DNA of 64,000 nucleotides from the human T2T-CHM13v2.0 reference genome, Homo sapiens. A program made the translations under genes and the position numbers. The DNA is taken from the NCBI RefSeq assembly GCF_009914755.1, contig NC_060946.1. One strand, given 5' to 3'. This document shows, piece after piece, positions 47,113-62,189 of this stretch. The notes beneath the pieces are model-generated. The model had not been told where the DNA came from, ran no database searches, and saw nothing but the letters and a program-made list of their open reading frames with translations. Position 1 is the first letter of the stretch, and each line of letters opens with the position of its first letter.

Positions 47113-47691
47113 CAATTCCCCTGAATCACCTCTGTTAAGTCTTATGACCACTGTCTAAGATAGGTGAGCCATCTTACCTGTTTTACAGATGTGGAAGGAG
47201 AAGCTCAGAGAAGTTAAGTGATTTTCCCAAAGCCACACAGCTAGTACAAGACAAAGCTAGGACTTGAACCCGCATCTCATGACTGTAAATTTCCCGCCTT
47301 CAGGGCTACTAAGAAAGACCCCCAACCAGCCAGTCACCGCAGCATGGAAACCTAGGTGTGTTCACACATTCCCGAATCTAACCCAGATCTCCCAAAGCAA
47401 AATCATTGAGAGGCGGGCCTGGAATAAGCCTTTTAACAAGCTCTCAAATGCACTTTGAATGTGAGAACCATTTAAGGCCGTGATTTCCAAACATAAACGG
47501 AGTCCTGAGCCCTTTCCACGGAGATTCTGATTCACTGGGTCTAAAGCAGGACCCAGAGACCAGTTTAACTAACCACACAGGTGAATTGTATCATCAGCCA
47601 AGTATGGGAAACACTAGCATAAGGGATGCAATTTAATCTTACCAGGTATCAAGCAGGGGCTCATCACGTGAATGACAATGACTTATATAAG

Positions 47692-47697
<6 letters not shown>

Positions 47698-47738
<41 letters not shown>

Positions 47739-48018
47739 AGACGGAGTCTCGCTCTGTCCCCCAGGCTGGAGTGCAGTGGCTGGATCTCGGCTCACTGCAA
47801 GCTCCGCCTCCCGCGTTCACGCCATTTCTCCTGCCTCCGCCTCCAGAGTAGCTGGGACTACAGGCGCCCGCCACCACACCCGGCTAATTTTTTGTATTTT
47901 TAGTAGAGACGGGGTTTCACCGTGTTAGCCAGGATGGTCTCGATCTCCTGACCTCGTGATTCGCCCGCCTCTGCCTCCCAAAGTGCTGGGATTACAGGCG
48001 GAGTCACTGCGCCCGGCC
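47698..48018 (-). mobile_element. AluY with 40-nt pure poly(A) tail and TSD TAAGCAGTTC
   Basis: AluY diagnostics, many CpGs retained. Confidence 0.92.
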
Positions 48019-48153
48019 GTAAGCAGTTCCTAATAAGAGAACAAGGGGTCCTTTTGAAGAGCAGCGAACAGTAAGAAATCCACAATTAGCATTCAAGACA
48101 GCTGCCTTCCCTCATTCCCCCATAATTTTGACTAAGTCCAGCCCAGTGTTTGA

Positions 48154-50030
<1,877 letters not shown>

Positions 50031-51829
50031 CAAATGACAAAAAAAGGAAAAAAAAAAACAGGAAAAGATAAAAAGAGGCTCCATTTTGCAGGTGATCCCT
50101 GAAACCTCTCTTTTCTATGGGCTAGTATCTCTAGAAGCCCCACAAGGTCAATCAGCTCACTGCCTTCTCCCACAACTGTGATGGAATTGCTAGCAAGAAA
50201 GGCTCTCAGGAGACCCCTGCACCTTTCTTCCCTCTCCATTTCCACTCCTGAGATCCGTCCCACCACCAACTCTGTAAGGAAATGAGAAATCACTTCCTCC
50301 TCAGAAAAAAACTGGGATGCATGACATTGTGGTATGCAGGAGGGGAAGCAACTCAGTGCCAATGTGAGGCCACCTGACTGGGACTTGGGGACCCCGGGCT
50401 CCAGTCCAGTTCTGCTGTGGACCACCTGTGTGACCTTGAGTGAGCCCCCCTCCCTCTCTGACCTTGGTTTCCCTTTTTGTGAAATAACTGGGGGAGTCCA
50501 GATCAGAGTTTCTGAAGAGGAGCCAGTGAGCCCACTGGATGCATCAGAACTGCTGAGGCATTGGTGAGACCTGCAGAGGTCCACCGCTGAGAATACCGCT
50601 CTGACAAGTCCCAGGAATGGCCCAGGAATCTGCATTTAACATGCCCTGTGGGGTTCATGAGCACAGGGCTCCAAGGAACACATGATTCAATGCCTCCTCC
50701 CAGTTCTAAGATTCCATGGACATTCACGCACTCTCACTCAACCACGGTGCAACTCACATCTTGGGGCGGGACCATCTGCTTCAATCTTTCCATTTTCTTG
50801 ATGCCAAAGCTGCAGAGAAGTGTGCACTTAGTTAGCCAGCTAGCTTTTCAGCTGGTTTTGTCATCATGGTGTGATGATGGCATAAACCAGAGAGTGACTT
50901 TAACCAAGGCATGGATTAGGGTGTCTTGGGATTGGGGACATCAGTATAGCTAAGCCTTTGGTGGCCACTCCCTCCTATCCCCTAATGCTGCAATTTTTTC
51001 ATCAAAGTCCTTCATGCTGGGGTTTTGCATTCCTGTAATAAACATCCATCCTTGTTGGTATATTTTTGTGCTTAGCTACCATGATGACTGATGACAAAGA
51101 TGGGGTGCCAGTCCCCATGATGTTGAACCTCCGGAGAAGTTTTACAAAAAACATAAATGATTAAAAATAGTTTCACATGGGATACAAAGCCCCATCAATA
51201 TAAAAGGAATAAAAATGAAATTAGAGAGGTTTACATAGATAGTCTTCAAAACAGGAAAACCGTTCCACCTCTGGCTGGATTTTGTATGAAGGTCTGGGGC
51301 CTCGCAATTCATTCGTGCTTTGCCCCACATGAAAATGATGAAAAGACCCTAACCACATAATTGAGAGCAGAAACCAGAGAGCTTGAGCAGCCCAGATTGA
51401 AATCCTGCCTCCATCACTGAGAAGCTGTGTGATGTCAGAGAAGTCACTTCACTTCTCTGAACCTCTGTTTGCTCATCTGTAAAATGGGGATGATAATAGC
51501 ATTGACCTAACAAGATTGTTATGAGGATTAACTGAGCAAATGTATGTAGAGTTCTTGGCACAATTTTGGACACGCGGTGAGTGTTCAGTAATTATTCACT
51601 ATCACTGTTGTTGATCTTGGGTCTTATCTATCTCATCTTCTCTTGGGAACTTAGGAAGTGAATAGTCCAGGCACGTTCACTGATTATAGTGGCCCAAGAT
51701 AAGTAAAAACATACCACTAACTTCACCAAAGCATGGCATGGGCTTTTGCATCAAATTTTTTGGCCTCATTTCATGCAAACGAAGTGAATTCACTTTACAT
51801 TGACCAATGCTTCCTGATTTCTCTTTCAG

Positions 51830-51862
51830 TTAATCAAGACAGTTTTGAACATGCTTTAGAAG
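51830..51862 (+). CDS. SEZ6L: SEZ6L 33-nt juxtamembrane microexon (VNQDSFEHALE)
   Basis: tttctctttcAG acceptor and G|GTGAGT donor; phase 1-1, frame-preserving; matches the SEZ6L stalk sequence as I recall it. Confidence 0.9.
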
Positions 51863-53954
51863 GTGAGTTCCAGAACGAAAAAAAAAAAAAGTTCAATAAA
51901 TCAAACTAATAGCACAAAACAAGGGCAGGTCTTTGAATATCTTTATTTAGACACTTAAAAAATAAATAAATTCTACCTTCAGACTGCCAAAGATAATCTT
52001 AAAATAATATTGTAGGGGAAAAAAAATTATGGGATTTGCAAGTCAGGACCCTAACAATAACCTGAAAGGGATTTGACAGCTGTTCTGTACATGGTAACAG
52101 CAATGAGATAAGGAAAGCTCAGAGCCCATAAGCCTGAGAAAGGCATAACCCTATTGTAAAACTTTTCATGATGCCATTCTAGAAGGGGAACTAAATCTAG
52201 TGACATGTCACCTTCCATGCTGAGAGTCCTCCTGGTTTCCAGAGGGAAGAGTTTGCCCTGGAAGCATTCAATGGTCCATTTTTCCCTGAGTCTTTTTTCC
52301 CCTCAGCATACCCACCCCTTCTCCCATCTCTCCTTACTTCAGCTCTCCTTTTATTAGAAATTCCCAAATGAGACTTATTAATGAGGAGCAGATGTTAAAA
52401 TCTATACAGGATTTTATTTCAGTTTTGTTTTCATTTTGTGGTTCCTTCCCTTTCCAACCCCTCCCGTGTGTAAAATGTCCAGCGTTCTATGTCACCGCTA
52501 TTGAATTTGGTACAAAACCACTCACCGGGACTGTGATGTAAAATATATACTGTAATATATTACTGCATGTATATATATGTAAATACAAATGCAGTATATT
52601 ATAGCATATATATTTAAAAATATATACTGTAATATATTGTTTCTTTTTTTTTTTTAATGTTTTTACCAAATCAAGCAGTTTTTATTATTCCTGGAGCCAT
52701 CTTTAGCTTTCTGACAATAATGAGTTCACTTAGAATCTGGGGCTATGTAAATTACATTTCACTAGTGGCTGTTCCTTGTAACAGACAACACTTGAATCCA
52801 AGCGGGTGGAACTAGGGCTCATATATAAATGAAGGAGCATGAATTATACACTCCACTTGGAAAACAGAGGGCACTTCGTGTTAGTCTCCATTCAGAGTAT
52901 CCTTTTTCTGCCTTTTGCCAACCAGTGAACCATGAGAACGTCTCAAAGGGCTGGGGTTGCTCGGAGCTTATGAGAGCCATTGTAACGTTTTGTGCTCATG
53001 CATTTATTCTGGGTATTAGGATTGATTTTTCAGACCCCATAAAGCGGTGGTTAATGGGTTATAGATTGGTGTACAGCCAAGCTCTATTAGATGTGACCGT
53101 GGAGAATGGCAGAGGAAACCTGGAGGCCAAGTTTCTAGAAGGAATGTAGGATCTCCCTTTAAGCTATGCTGGGAAAGCAGCCCTCTGCCCCAGGCGCCTG
53201 CAGCAGCTGTTATAGTTCTTGCAATTGCCACAGTGGGAGGTTGAGAGAGCAGCCGGGAAATGTGCAGGAGTAGCCTCTGGGAATCAAAACGGGCCTTCAT
53301 ATTTGGGGTGTCATTGGGGTGTGCAGGACAGAGAGCTGTCAGTCCCCAATGCTCAGAGCCCACTCGTGGACTGGAGAGTAGAACTCAAAAGGTCTAGGAG
53401 GGGCCCGTCAGTCTGCATGCAACAAGCTCACCAGTCCACAGGTGAGCACCAGGTCTGAGAATCCCTTAGAAACCTTGCGGCTGACCACCAGCACCGTTCA
53501 ACTCAACGACATACACAAACCCAGATTCGCCCACCACTCCTGCATCTGGGGTCCAGACCCATTCCTGTTTCTCTTCTCCACTCCATGGAATGTCCAGCAA
53601 ATCTGCTTTCCCAGTTACTGAATTTGGGATTTTCTCCAAGTCTTCCTGTGAATTGGACTTTAATCAGATTTTAACTGTAGCTCCCAAAAAATGGGAATGG
53701 TACGATCGGGTTTCAAACAGTGTAATTCTCTATAGCTCCTATGGCCAACCCACCAAAGGATGAGTCTGGGACCCCTTGCAAAGGACCACCACCATTTCCT
53801 CTAGTCTTTGGAGATGGCTCTGCAAGGTCTAAGGCCCTCCCAGAGCCTTAGACCTTGGAAAGCCGTCTCCAAAGGGGTGGAGAACTGGGCAGTTGGGCAC
53901 TCACTGGGAGTCAGCTACCTGGGAAATGAGGACCTCACTGGCTCCTGTGTTCAG

Positions 53955-54069
53955 TAGCAGAAGCGGCAGCAGAGACGTCGCTGGAAGGGGGGAACATGGC
54001 CCTGGCTATCTTCATCCCGGTCCTCATCATCTCCTTACTGCTGGGAGGAGCCTACATTTACATCACAAG
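53955..54069 (+). CDS. SEZ6L: SEZ6L exon, stalk + transmembrane helix
   Basis: ttcAG|TAG acceptor; VAEAAAETSLEGGNMALAIFIPVLIISLLLGGAYIYITR with a ~21-aa hydrophobic span; donor AG|GTAGGG; 115 nt, phase 1-2. Confidence 0.95.
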
Positions 54070-54836
54070 GTAGGGAGCTGATGGGGGAGATGACTGCCAA
54101 GCACCCAGCCACCAGTACTCAGAGGGACTGGGCGGTTCACCTCTCTGAGCCTCAGGGTCTCCACCTGGAGCTCGGGCATAGTGGCATTTGTGTTATTGCA
54201 GAGATGCCCAGATTCAGCCCAACTCTGTGGGATAAATATTTACATTGGGCAATTATGAAGCCTCCAAGCAAGTAAGACAAATACTATTCCTGCCCTCAAG
54301 GAGGTTATGGTTTAGTGGGGCACACAGACATAACATATTGCCAGGCATGTTGATTTGTTCCTTCCATCACTCACTCATTCACTCATTTATTCAACAAATA
54401 TGTACTGACAATCTGTTGTGTATCAGACATTGTCCCAGGTGTTGAGGGTCTAGAAACTTGCATTTGATGCAGAAGGAAGATATTAAACCATGCTCCAGAA
54501 TAGCCACTCATTCATTCACATTCACAGTTGTTGAGCACTTACTAGGTGCCAGGCAGTTTTCTCGGTTCCAGAAACATCATTTGTGGAAAAAAAAAAAATA
54601 GAAGGAAATATTTGCCCTCCTGGGGTTCAGGTTCTAACAAGGAAAGATAGACAATAAGCAAAGTATGTAAGAAAATATGTAGTGTTAGAAACTGATAAGT
54701 GCAGGAAGAGAAGGCTGGGAGGGGGCAAGAATTCTGGAAGAGAAGTGGTGGTTGACTTTTAAATAGTGTAGCTAGAGGAGGCCCCACTGAGAAATGACAT
54801 TTGAGCAAGGACTTGAAAGTGATCATGAGAAACCTA

Positions 54837-55670
<834 letters not shown>

Positions 55671-56053
55671 GGTGGTCAAGGAAGGCTGATCTAAGGCAAT
55701 ATGGCATACAGTAGGTGCTCAATAAATGCTCATCCTTGTTCTTGTTTCCCTTTGCATTCAAGAGGGACTTGAATGACCTTCCAGGAGAAAACAAATTAAG
55801 CTCCGCCCCCTCCCTAGTAAGGAGAGATCACAAGGCTTTGGTTCTCGCTGCCTGGGTTGCAAGTTGAGAGCAATTATGATTTCTGCTTTCACCTCACTAG
55901 GATTCTCGCCTGCAAAAGGCTGTTTGCACACATCCTCGTCGTCATTCACAGAGGTGCCGCTGCTCAGGAAGTGGCACCAACTGTTCCCGTTCAATATTGT
56001 AATGTTTCTCCTAGCTGGGGAGAAGTAACTTCTCTCTCCTTTCTTTCCCCCAG

Positions 56054-56156
56054 ATGTCGCTACTATTCCAACCTCCGCCTGCCTCTGATGTACTCCCACC
56101 CCTACAGCCAGATCACCGTGGAAACCGAGTTTGACAACCCCATTTACGAGACAGGG
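56054..56156 (+). CDS. SEZ6L: SEZ6L exon, cytoplasmic tail with NPxY
   Basis: Long pyrimidine tract + cAG; CRYYSNLRLPLMYSHPYSQITVETEFDNPIYETG; donor GGG|GTGAGT; 103 nt, phase 2-0. Confidence 0.95.
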
Positions 56157-57262
56157 GTGAGTTGGTCTCTCTCGTCTCTTCCCAATTCCCTCCCTCTTTG
56201 CTCTGAATTCACCAACAATAAGACAAAACATTTCATTTCCTATTGCTCACAAGAGGCACAGCCAGTGGTCCTGTCTTATCCCCACCAAGAGCCCTAAAGA
56301 GATAAATGCTGGGAGAACCCAGCTCTCTTTGCAGGTGATTGGTGCTGAGGACGAGCCTAGGAGGCTGATTACTGTCAGCAGAACACCCACAGAAAAAAGA
56401 GGCTGCACCCAAGACCCACAGAGAGCAGACCAACGGTGGCCTGGTGGCAACGTGCTGCATTCCCACACATCCCACTGGGCTCCACCCTTTATTCAATGGC
56501 AGTGTGAAACATCCCTACACATTTGAGTATCAGGTCCTATTTTAGGTGCTAGGAACATAGTCATGAACCCCAATAGACACAGATTCCACCATTAATGAGC
56601 CTACCGTCTTGTGAATTATTATTATCAATAATAATACATGCCATCTGCTGGGCACTTTAAATGCATAATCTCCTTGAATCCTTGCAGCTCTCTGCAATAG
56701 GTTCCACAGTTATCTCTAATTGATTGATGAGGACATTGAGGTCCAGAGAGAGGAAAGAATAATTTGGCCAAAGTGGCACACAGCCAGGATGCACAGCCTG
56801 AAGCCAGGATGCAAATTCAACCTGACACTCTTAATCATGATGCTATCTTGCTTCCCTCGAACCTCTGACAATCCAATGTGCCCATGAATATTTTGATTAC
56901 AACAAATAATACTTTTTAAGGACTATGAAAAAATTGAACAGGGCACTAGGAGAATGTATAATGGGGACACTTAGAGGGAGTTGGGGAAGGCATCGTTGAG
57001 AAAGTGAGAGTAAAGCTGAGACATGGGAAGTGGGTAGAGCTTGGACAATGGGCTGAAGAAGATGCCAGACAGAAGGGAGAGCATGTGCAAAGGTCCAGGG
57101 CACATGCGAGGAAGCAAAAGGCTGGTTATGAGTTTGCAAAACCACCATCCTTCAAGTTCACTGTGTAATGATGTGCAGCCATCTCCCAACGTTTGGGGGG
57201 AATAAACCTGACTTGTTTCTTATCCTGCTAACCTTCCTTCACCTCCACTTCTCTGATCTCCT

Positions 57263-58610
57263 GTGTTAGTTATCCACTGATGTGTAACAATATTACTGCA
57301 AACTTAGGGGCCTAAATTAACAACATACATTTATTATCTCATAGTTTCTATAAGTCAGGAAGCCAGGCACAGCTTAGCCTGACCCCCTGCTTTATGGCTC
57401 ACAGGCTACAAACAAGGCAGCAACTGGGCTGCAGTCTCATCTGAGGCTCAACCAGGGAAGGATCCACTTCCAAACTCACATGGTTGTTGACAGCATTCAG
57501 TTCCTTGCAGGTTGTTAGAATGAGGGCCTCAATTTCTTGCGGGCTGTCTTCTAGGGGCCACCCGCAGTTTCTTCCATGTGGGCCTCTCTATAGAGCAGCT
57601 CATGACATGGCAGCTGGCTTCTTCAGAGCCAGCAACAGAGAGAGAGTCATCTTGCAAGACAGAAGTCACAATCCTGTGTCATGCAAACATGGAAGTGACA
57701 TCCTAGCACCTGTGTATTCTCCTAGTTAGAATCAAGTCACAGGCTTTACCCACCCTTAAAAGGAGGGGACCCCACAAAGGCATGAGCCCCAGAAGGTGGG
57801 GATCATGGGGACCACCTTGGGGCCTGCCCACCAAAATCCCATGTACCATGAAGCATAGATGTGATTGCATATCTGTGTTGGCTGAATGGGAGCTGGAGAC
57901 TTTCATTAAAGCATGTGACAGTGTCAACTTCCAGGGCTGAGCCTTCTTCTATCTCCTTGCTCCTTGTCCCTGGAGCTTGGAATACATTACTCACACTCCA
58001 TAAATATTGAAGAAATCAAACTACCCCCATGTTGTAGTCGTTTCACATGGCAATGGTAGATCAGGGCATATGTTATTTTGCATTCTATGTAGCTTGCTTT
58101 GAAATCATGGGAAAAGGTCAGACTGAAATAAAGGAGAATTTTAGAGACTAGACATGAATGAATACTTATTAGTAGAGTGTATCAGTGACCTAGAACTATA
58201 GTAATGCTGAGTAACAAAGATCTCTGAACTCAATGGCTTAATGCAACAAGCATTCATTTGCTCATCAGTCTGTGGGACAGCGTTTTAGGCTTATTTCAGC
58301 TGGATGGTAATCCTGGCATTGGCTGGTTGATGGATGGGTGACTCAGCTCTGCTCTGTGTGTCCTTCATTTTCCTGAAGAGACTAAAGCCTACCAGGGCAT
58401 GCCCTGTTCTTGGTGATGACAGATAGACAGGATGTGAGCAGAAACACACAAGCATGTTTCAAGCAGCTGTTGTACGCCATTTCCTTATAACCCATTGGCA
58501 AAAGCAAATCAGGGTCAGAGTGGGAGGGCACTGAAAAGTCACGACCAAGGGCATGGACATACAGAGGTGCAAAGAACTGCATCCCCCTATGTATATCACT
58601 CTACCACACA
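57263..58610 (-). mobile_element. Two MLT1-family LTR remnants (~57263-57840, ~58178-58610)
   Basis: TGTGTTAGTTATC...CATTTATTATCTCATAGTTTCT and TGTATCAGT...TGAGTAACAAA signatures. Confidence 0.6.
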
Positions 58611-58645
58611 AGCGTTTGACAAATCCGTGCTTCTCTCTCTTGCAG

Positions 58646-58675
58646 GAAACCAGAGAGTATGAGGTTTCTATCTAA
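58646..58675 (+). CDS. SEZ6L: SEZ6L last coding segment ETREYEVSI*
   Basis: ctctctcttgcAG acceptor; GAA ACC AGA GAG TAT GAG GTT TCT ATC TAA; C-terminus typical of the SEZ6 family (YEVSI). Confidence 0.95.
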   Translation, partial: ETREYEVSI

Positions 58676-61600
58676 AGAGAGCTACACTTGAGAAGGGGAC
58701 TTGTGAACTCAACCACAATCTCCTCGAGACATTCATCCAGAGACCATGTGGCACTTGATTGAAACCCCAGAATGTCGACTGTCTTTTGTTTAGACTCTTT
58801 ATCAAAGGTTTACTGTTTTCTTCCCTGTATTTATTATATTTAAAAGTGAAATAGGTGTGGGTTTGGATGTTTCGCGGCCTCAGCCAAATTCATGTTACAG
58901 CCTCAATTCTGAAGGCAGGTGGAAGACTTGCAAAATGGCAAACCGCGGCAGCAAAAACACAAAACAGCAGATGGAGTTTCTCCCATCAGCAATGCCATGC
59001 TAAGGCTGCATTGAATTGCATGCATCTTTGGGAACCATGCCCATGATGTTTTCAGTACAAATCTAAGTCCCAAGATTAGGTTGGAAAGGGTATTTCTTGT
59101 TGGCTTAGTTTGGGTTGGAATTTAGCATGGGTACTTAAACCCATTTGGAGAGCTGTGCTCCTAAACAAATTCTGTGTCCTCTCTTCCCATTTTGCCAGCT
59201 TCTGAAAGGTTTTTCCACAGCCCCTCCCTCTCACGGTTCTTCTGAAGGTAGCAAAGGTGTTATATAAACATTGTCTTTTACCACTCTGGCCTCGCTGGAC
59301 AGTGACAAAACAAGAAAACGTTTTCTTTCTAGAAAGGTGATAAACGACCAAAGGCAATTTTTCAGAGACAAATGAGAGATTTGAGAGTTCCAATGAAGAA
59401 TTGGGTGAGGGGGATCATTGGGTAAGGGAATTGGGTTAGAATGTTCTTTTCTTTGACACTCTTTCAATGATGAAAGAGCGTGTAATTTATGCTACAAGTG
59501 CCAGAATCGATCACCATGTTCAGCAAGCCACTCTCAAGCTGTGGTAATAAACACACAGGCTTGGGAGGCACCAGCGGCCCCACTCATACAGTGACAAGGA
59601 TTTGTGATGGGAAAAAGGAGGTGCCATGTTTGGAAATGCAGGGGTGAGCTCTGGTTTCTCCTGGGGTTCTGGAATATCTCAGCCCTCAAAATAGAGGAGA
59701 CTCAAGTGCACTGATTCTCTAAAAGGTGTCATCTTCAGAATATACTTGCCATCAAGTATTTCAGGGGGCGGGAGGGTCCCATGAGAAGAAACTATTTTTC
59801 TATTCTCCAAAGCTGTCTGGATGTTGGAGGGTGGTGTGAATGCTGACTGAGGAAGTGCAGAGAACAGGGGCAGGGGATTTTAAATCACAGCAGACCATCC
59901 AGTGGAATCCTGTATCATCTGATCTGAACATCAATGAAGACAGAGAGAGGAATTTCATTCAGAAAGGATTCCATAGCCCCACATCTAGTCACACGGGCAT
60001 TCCTCTTATTTTATCAGGGTCTGTTTTCCCCCAACCCAGTGAAACCGGTGAGTGTGTAACTCTTGGGAAGATTCTTTTCTAAATACAGGTATAAAGAGAA
60101 GGTGGAGGGTGCGGGTGCATGGAAGAAATACTATGTGTGAAGCAGATTCACCTTCCTGGGACCGGTGACATGGTGGTGACAGTCAATGGCTTGGACAGAC
60201 AGACGGGCTCAGTGGCATTTGGAACCCTCTTTGGTGCCCTCCCATTCTCTCTGGAATTGTTTCAAGTCTGCTGGTTTTCAAACAAGAAAAGACCTTTCTG
60301 GCCATAGGGAGAATAGCAGGGAGTCTATGTTTTGGTGGTTACATTGGAAACATCTTAAGCAAGATAGGGAAAGTTGATTTTAGGCACACATGTACCCTCC
60401 TTGACAGCAGGAACTCAGACTTCAATCTTGGGGGTCTAAGACCAGAATATTTTCCTTCTGCCAGAAAAGAATCTTGCACATATACTCCTGAAGGCATGAG
60501 TGTGTGGTCCATGGCAAGAAATAGCTAAAGGCTGCTTTCCAGGACCCAAAGCCCCATTTAATGCAAGAACCAGAGAAGTGTTCTAGGCCATTAGTGGACA
60601 ATGTCATGTTTGGAGAAAGATAACAACACAAATAATGTAACCTTTCCTTAAAAGGCAGAACTCAATCCATTTTATTTGATGCTTATTCTAACCCTAACCC
60701 TGGGTCACCTGGAATGAAGAACTCTATGAATAATATTTGATTTTACAACGTGTTATGGTTATGTGAAAACTAAACATTTGCCTTTTATAAAGACTGACAA
60801 AATATAAATCTTTATTCTAACCCTATCCCCAAAACTAGCCAGGCCACACCCCAGATGTTCTTATTGACTATTGGGAAGATAGAAAAGGCGTTGTGTTTTT
60901 TGTTTTTTTGTTGTTGTTGTCATTGTTGTTTTTTTCAGAAGACCAGTGTCTCAGTTCTGTCTTAGTAGTACCACACCCGTAACCGTGTTTTAAAAGTTTG
61001 TTTTAGCCTAGAGACAGATCATACGAGTTCAACAATGTACAGTGTGATTGAAAAGACAGGTTGGTGTCTATTTTTCTTTTTAAAATATCTGAATGTGTAT
61101 TTGTAATACGTAAAGGTAAAAAAAATAGTGCCAAAAATGTGCAAGGCATCTCATTACAGCTCATGTACGTCTGTTTTTATAAGATCAATATTAAAACCCA
61201 TTGGGATTAAATATTTTTGAATAGGATACACTCTTGAGAAACTCGAGAATGGACTGAGCCTTCCTCCAAGCCACTCTTTGTTTTTAAAACAGTGGGGAAA
61301 TACGTTTACAGAGATTGTGAGCTTCAGAGAATGCATGTGATGGTGTGTATTACATGCTAATTCATATAAGCTGTATCTGTCAGCTACCACCCTGTGCTTT
61401 AAAAATGCACACACTCAACCCTCTTTAGCTTGGAGCTCAGCTTTTTGCTTTTTTTTTTTTTTTTTGTAGAATTATTTAGCTAACATAAGTATTCTGATTG
61501 CTACCTGATGGCCATTCTTACTTAGTTTCATAGATGTGCTTTAACTATGATCCTTTGAAGCTCACCCCTTGGAGAGCCTACAGAACCTCAGGCTGATAGC

Positions 61601-61978
61601 TTTGAAGACTGCCAAACAGCCCAGAAGGAAGCAAAGCATCTGCATAATCAGGAGGGTTGTATAACAAGTAGTGATTTGGCAAATATGTGGGTAGCTTTAG
61701 GCTGAGGCACGGGCCTCAGGCAAAAATGCCCTTCGAGTGAATCCGAAGGGCATGATCTTCCTATGTCCTTGACTAGGCATGACGAGTCATTTGAGGTCAG
61801 ATATTATTTGAGTTGTTCAGCACCCCCAAAGGTAGGCATTCTCCTGGGAAATTTTCATTTCCATTTTATCGCCAAACAAAATAAAAAGCAAAACAAACTT
61901 TCTAAGCTAGAATAATGAAATTAAGTCATTTTCCACTTTGTATATATTGATGCTAATAAAACAGATGAAAAAGACTCA
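58676..61978 (+). other. SEZ6L: SEZ6L 3'UTR (~3.3 kb)
   Basis: Alu-free stretch after the stop codon with U-rich tracts, ending at a canonical poly(A) architecture; the end coordinate is estimated. Confidence 0.75.
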
Positions 61979-61997
61979 AGTGTGTAGAATTTTTGTT
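61939..61997 (+). terminator. Distal polyadenylation site
   Basis: TGTA at 61939, AATAAA at 61955-61960, CA at 61977-78, downstream TGTGT/TTTTTGTT; a second AATAAA at 61880. Confidence 0.75.
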
Positions 61998-62189
61998 ACA
62001 GACACTTCAGGATGGCACCAAGTGGAATGTTTCCAGTTTCTGGGGATTGGGTTGGGGTAACACCTACAGATACTTTGAATGCTAAGACAGGACATCCCAC
62101 TCTGGAATGGTTCTGGGACCTTCAAGGGATGTTTGGGACAAGATGGGTTTGACGGCACTGCCATCTTCCAATGTTCCACCATCCTCCCT

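Noticed and set aside
56157-56297. Intron-retention C-terminal extension (ORF 55857..56297)
   Set aside because: Consensus GTGAGT donor; an open frame of this length is expected by chance
60688-60701. CTAACCCTAACCCT telomere-like repeat
   Set aside because: Only about two units; too short to call an interstitial telomeric sequence
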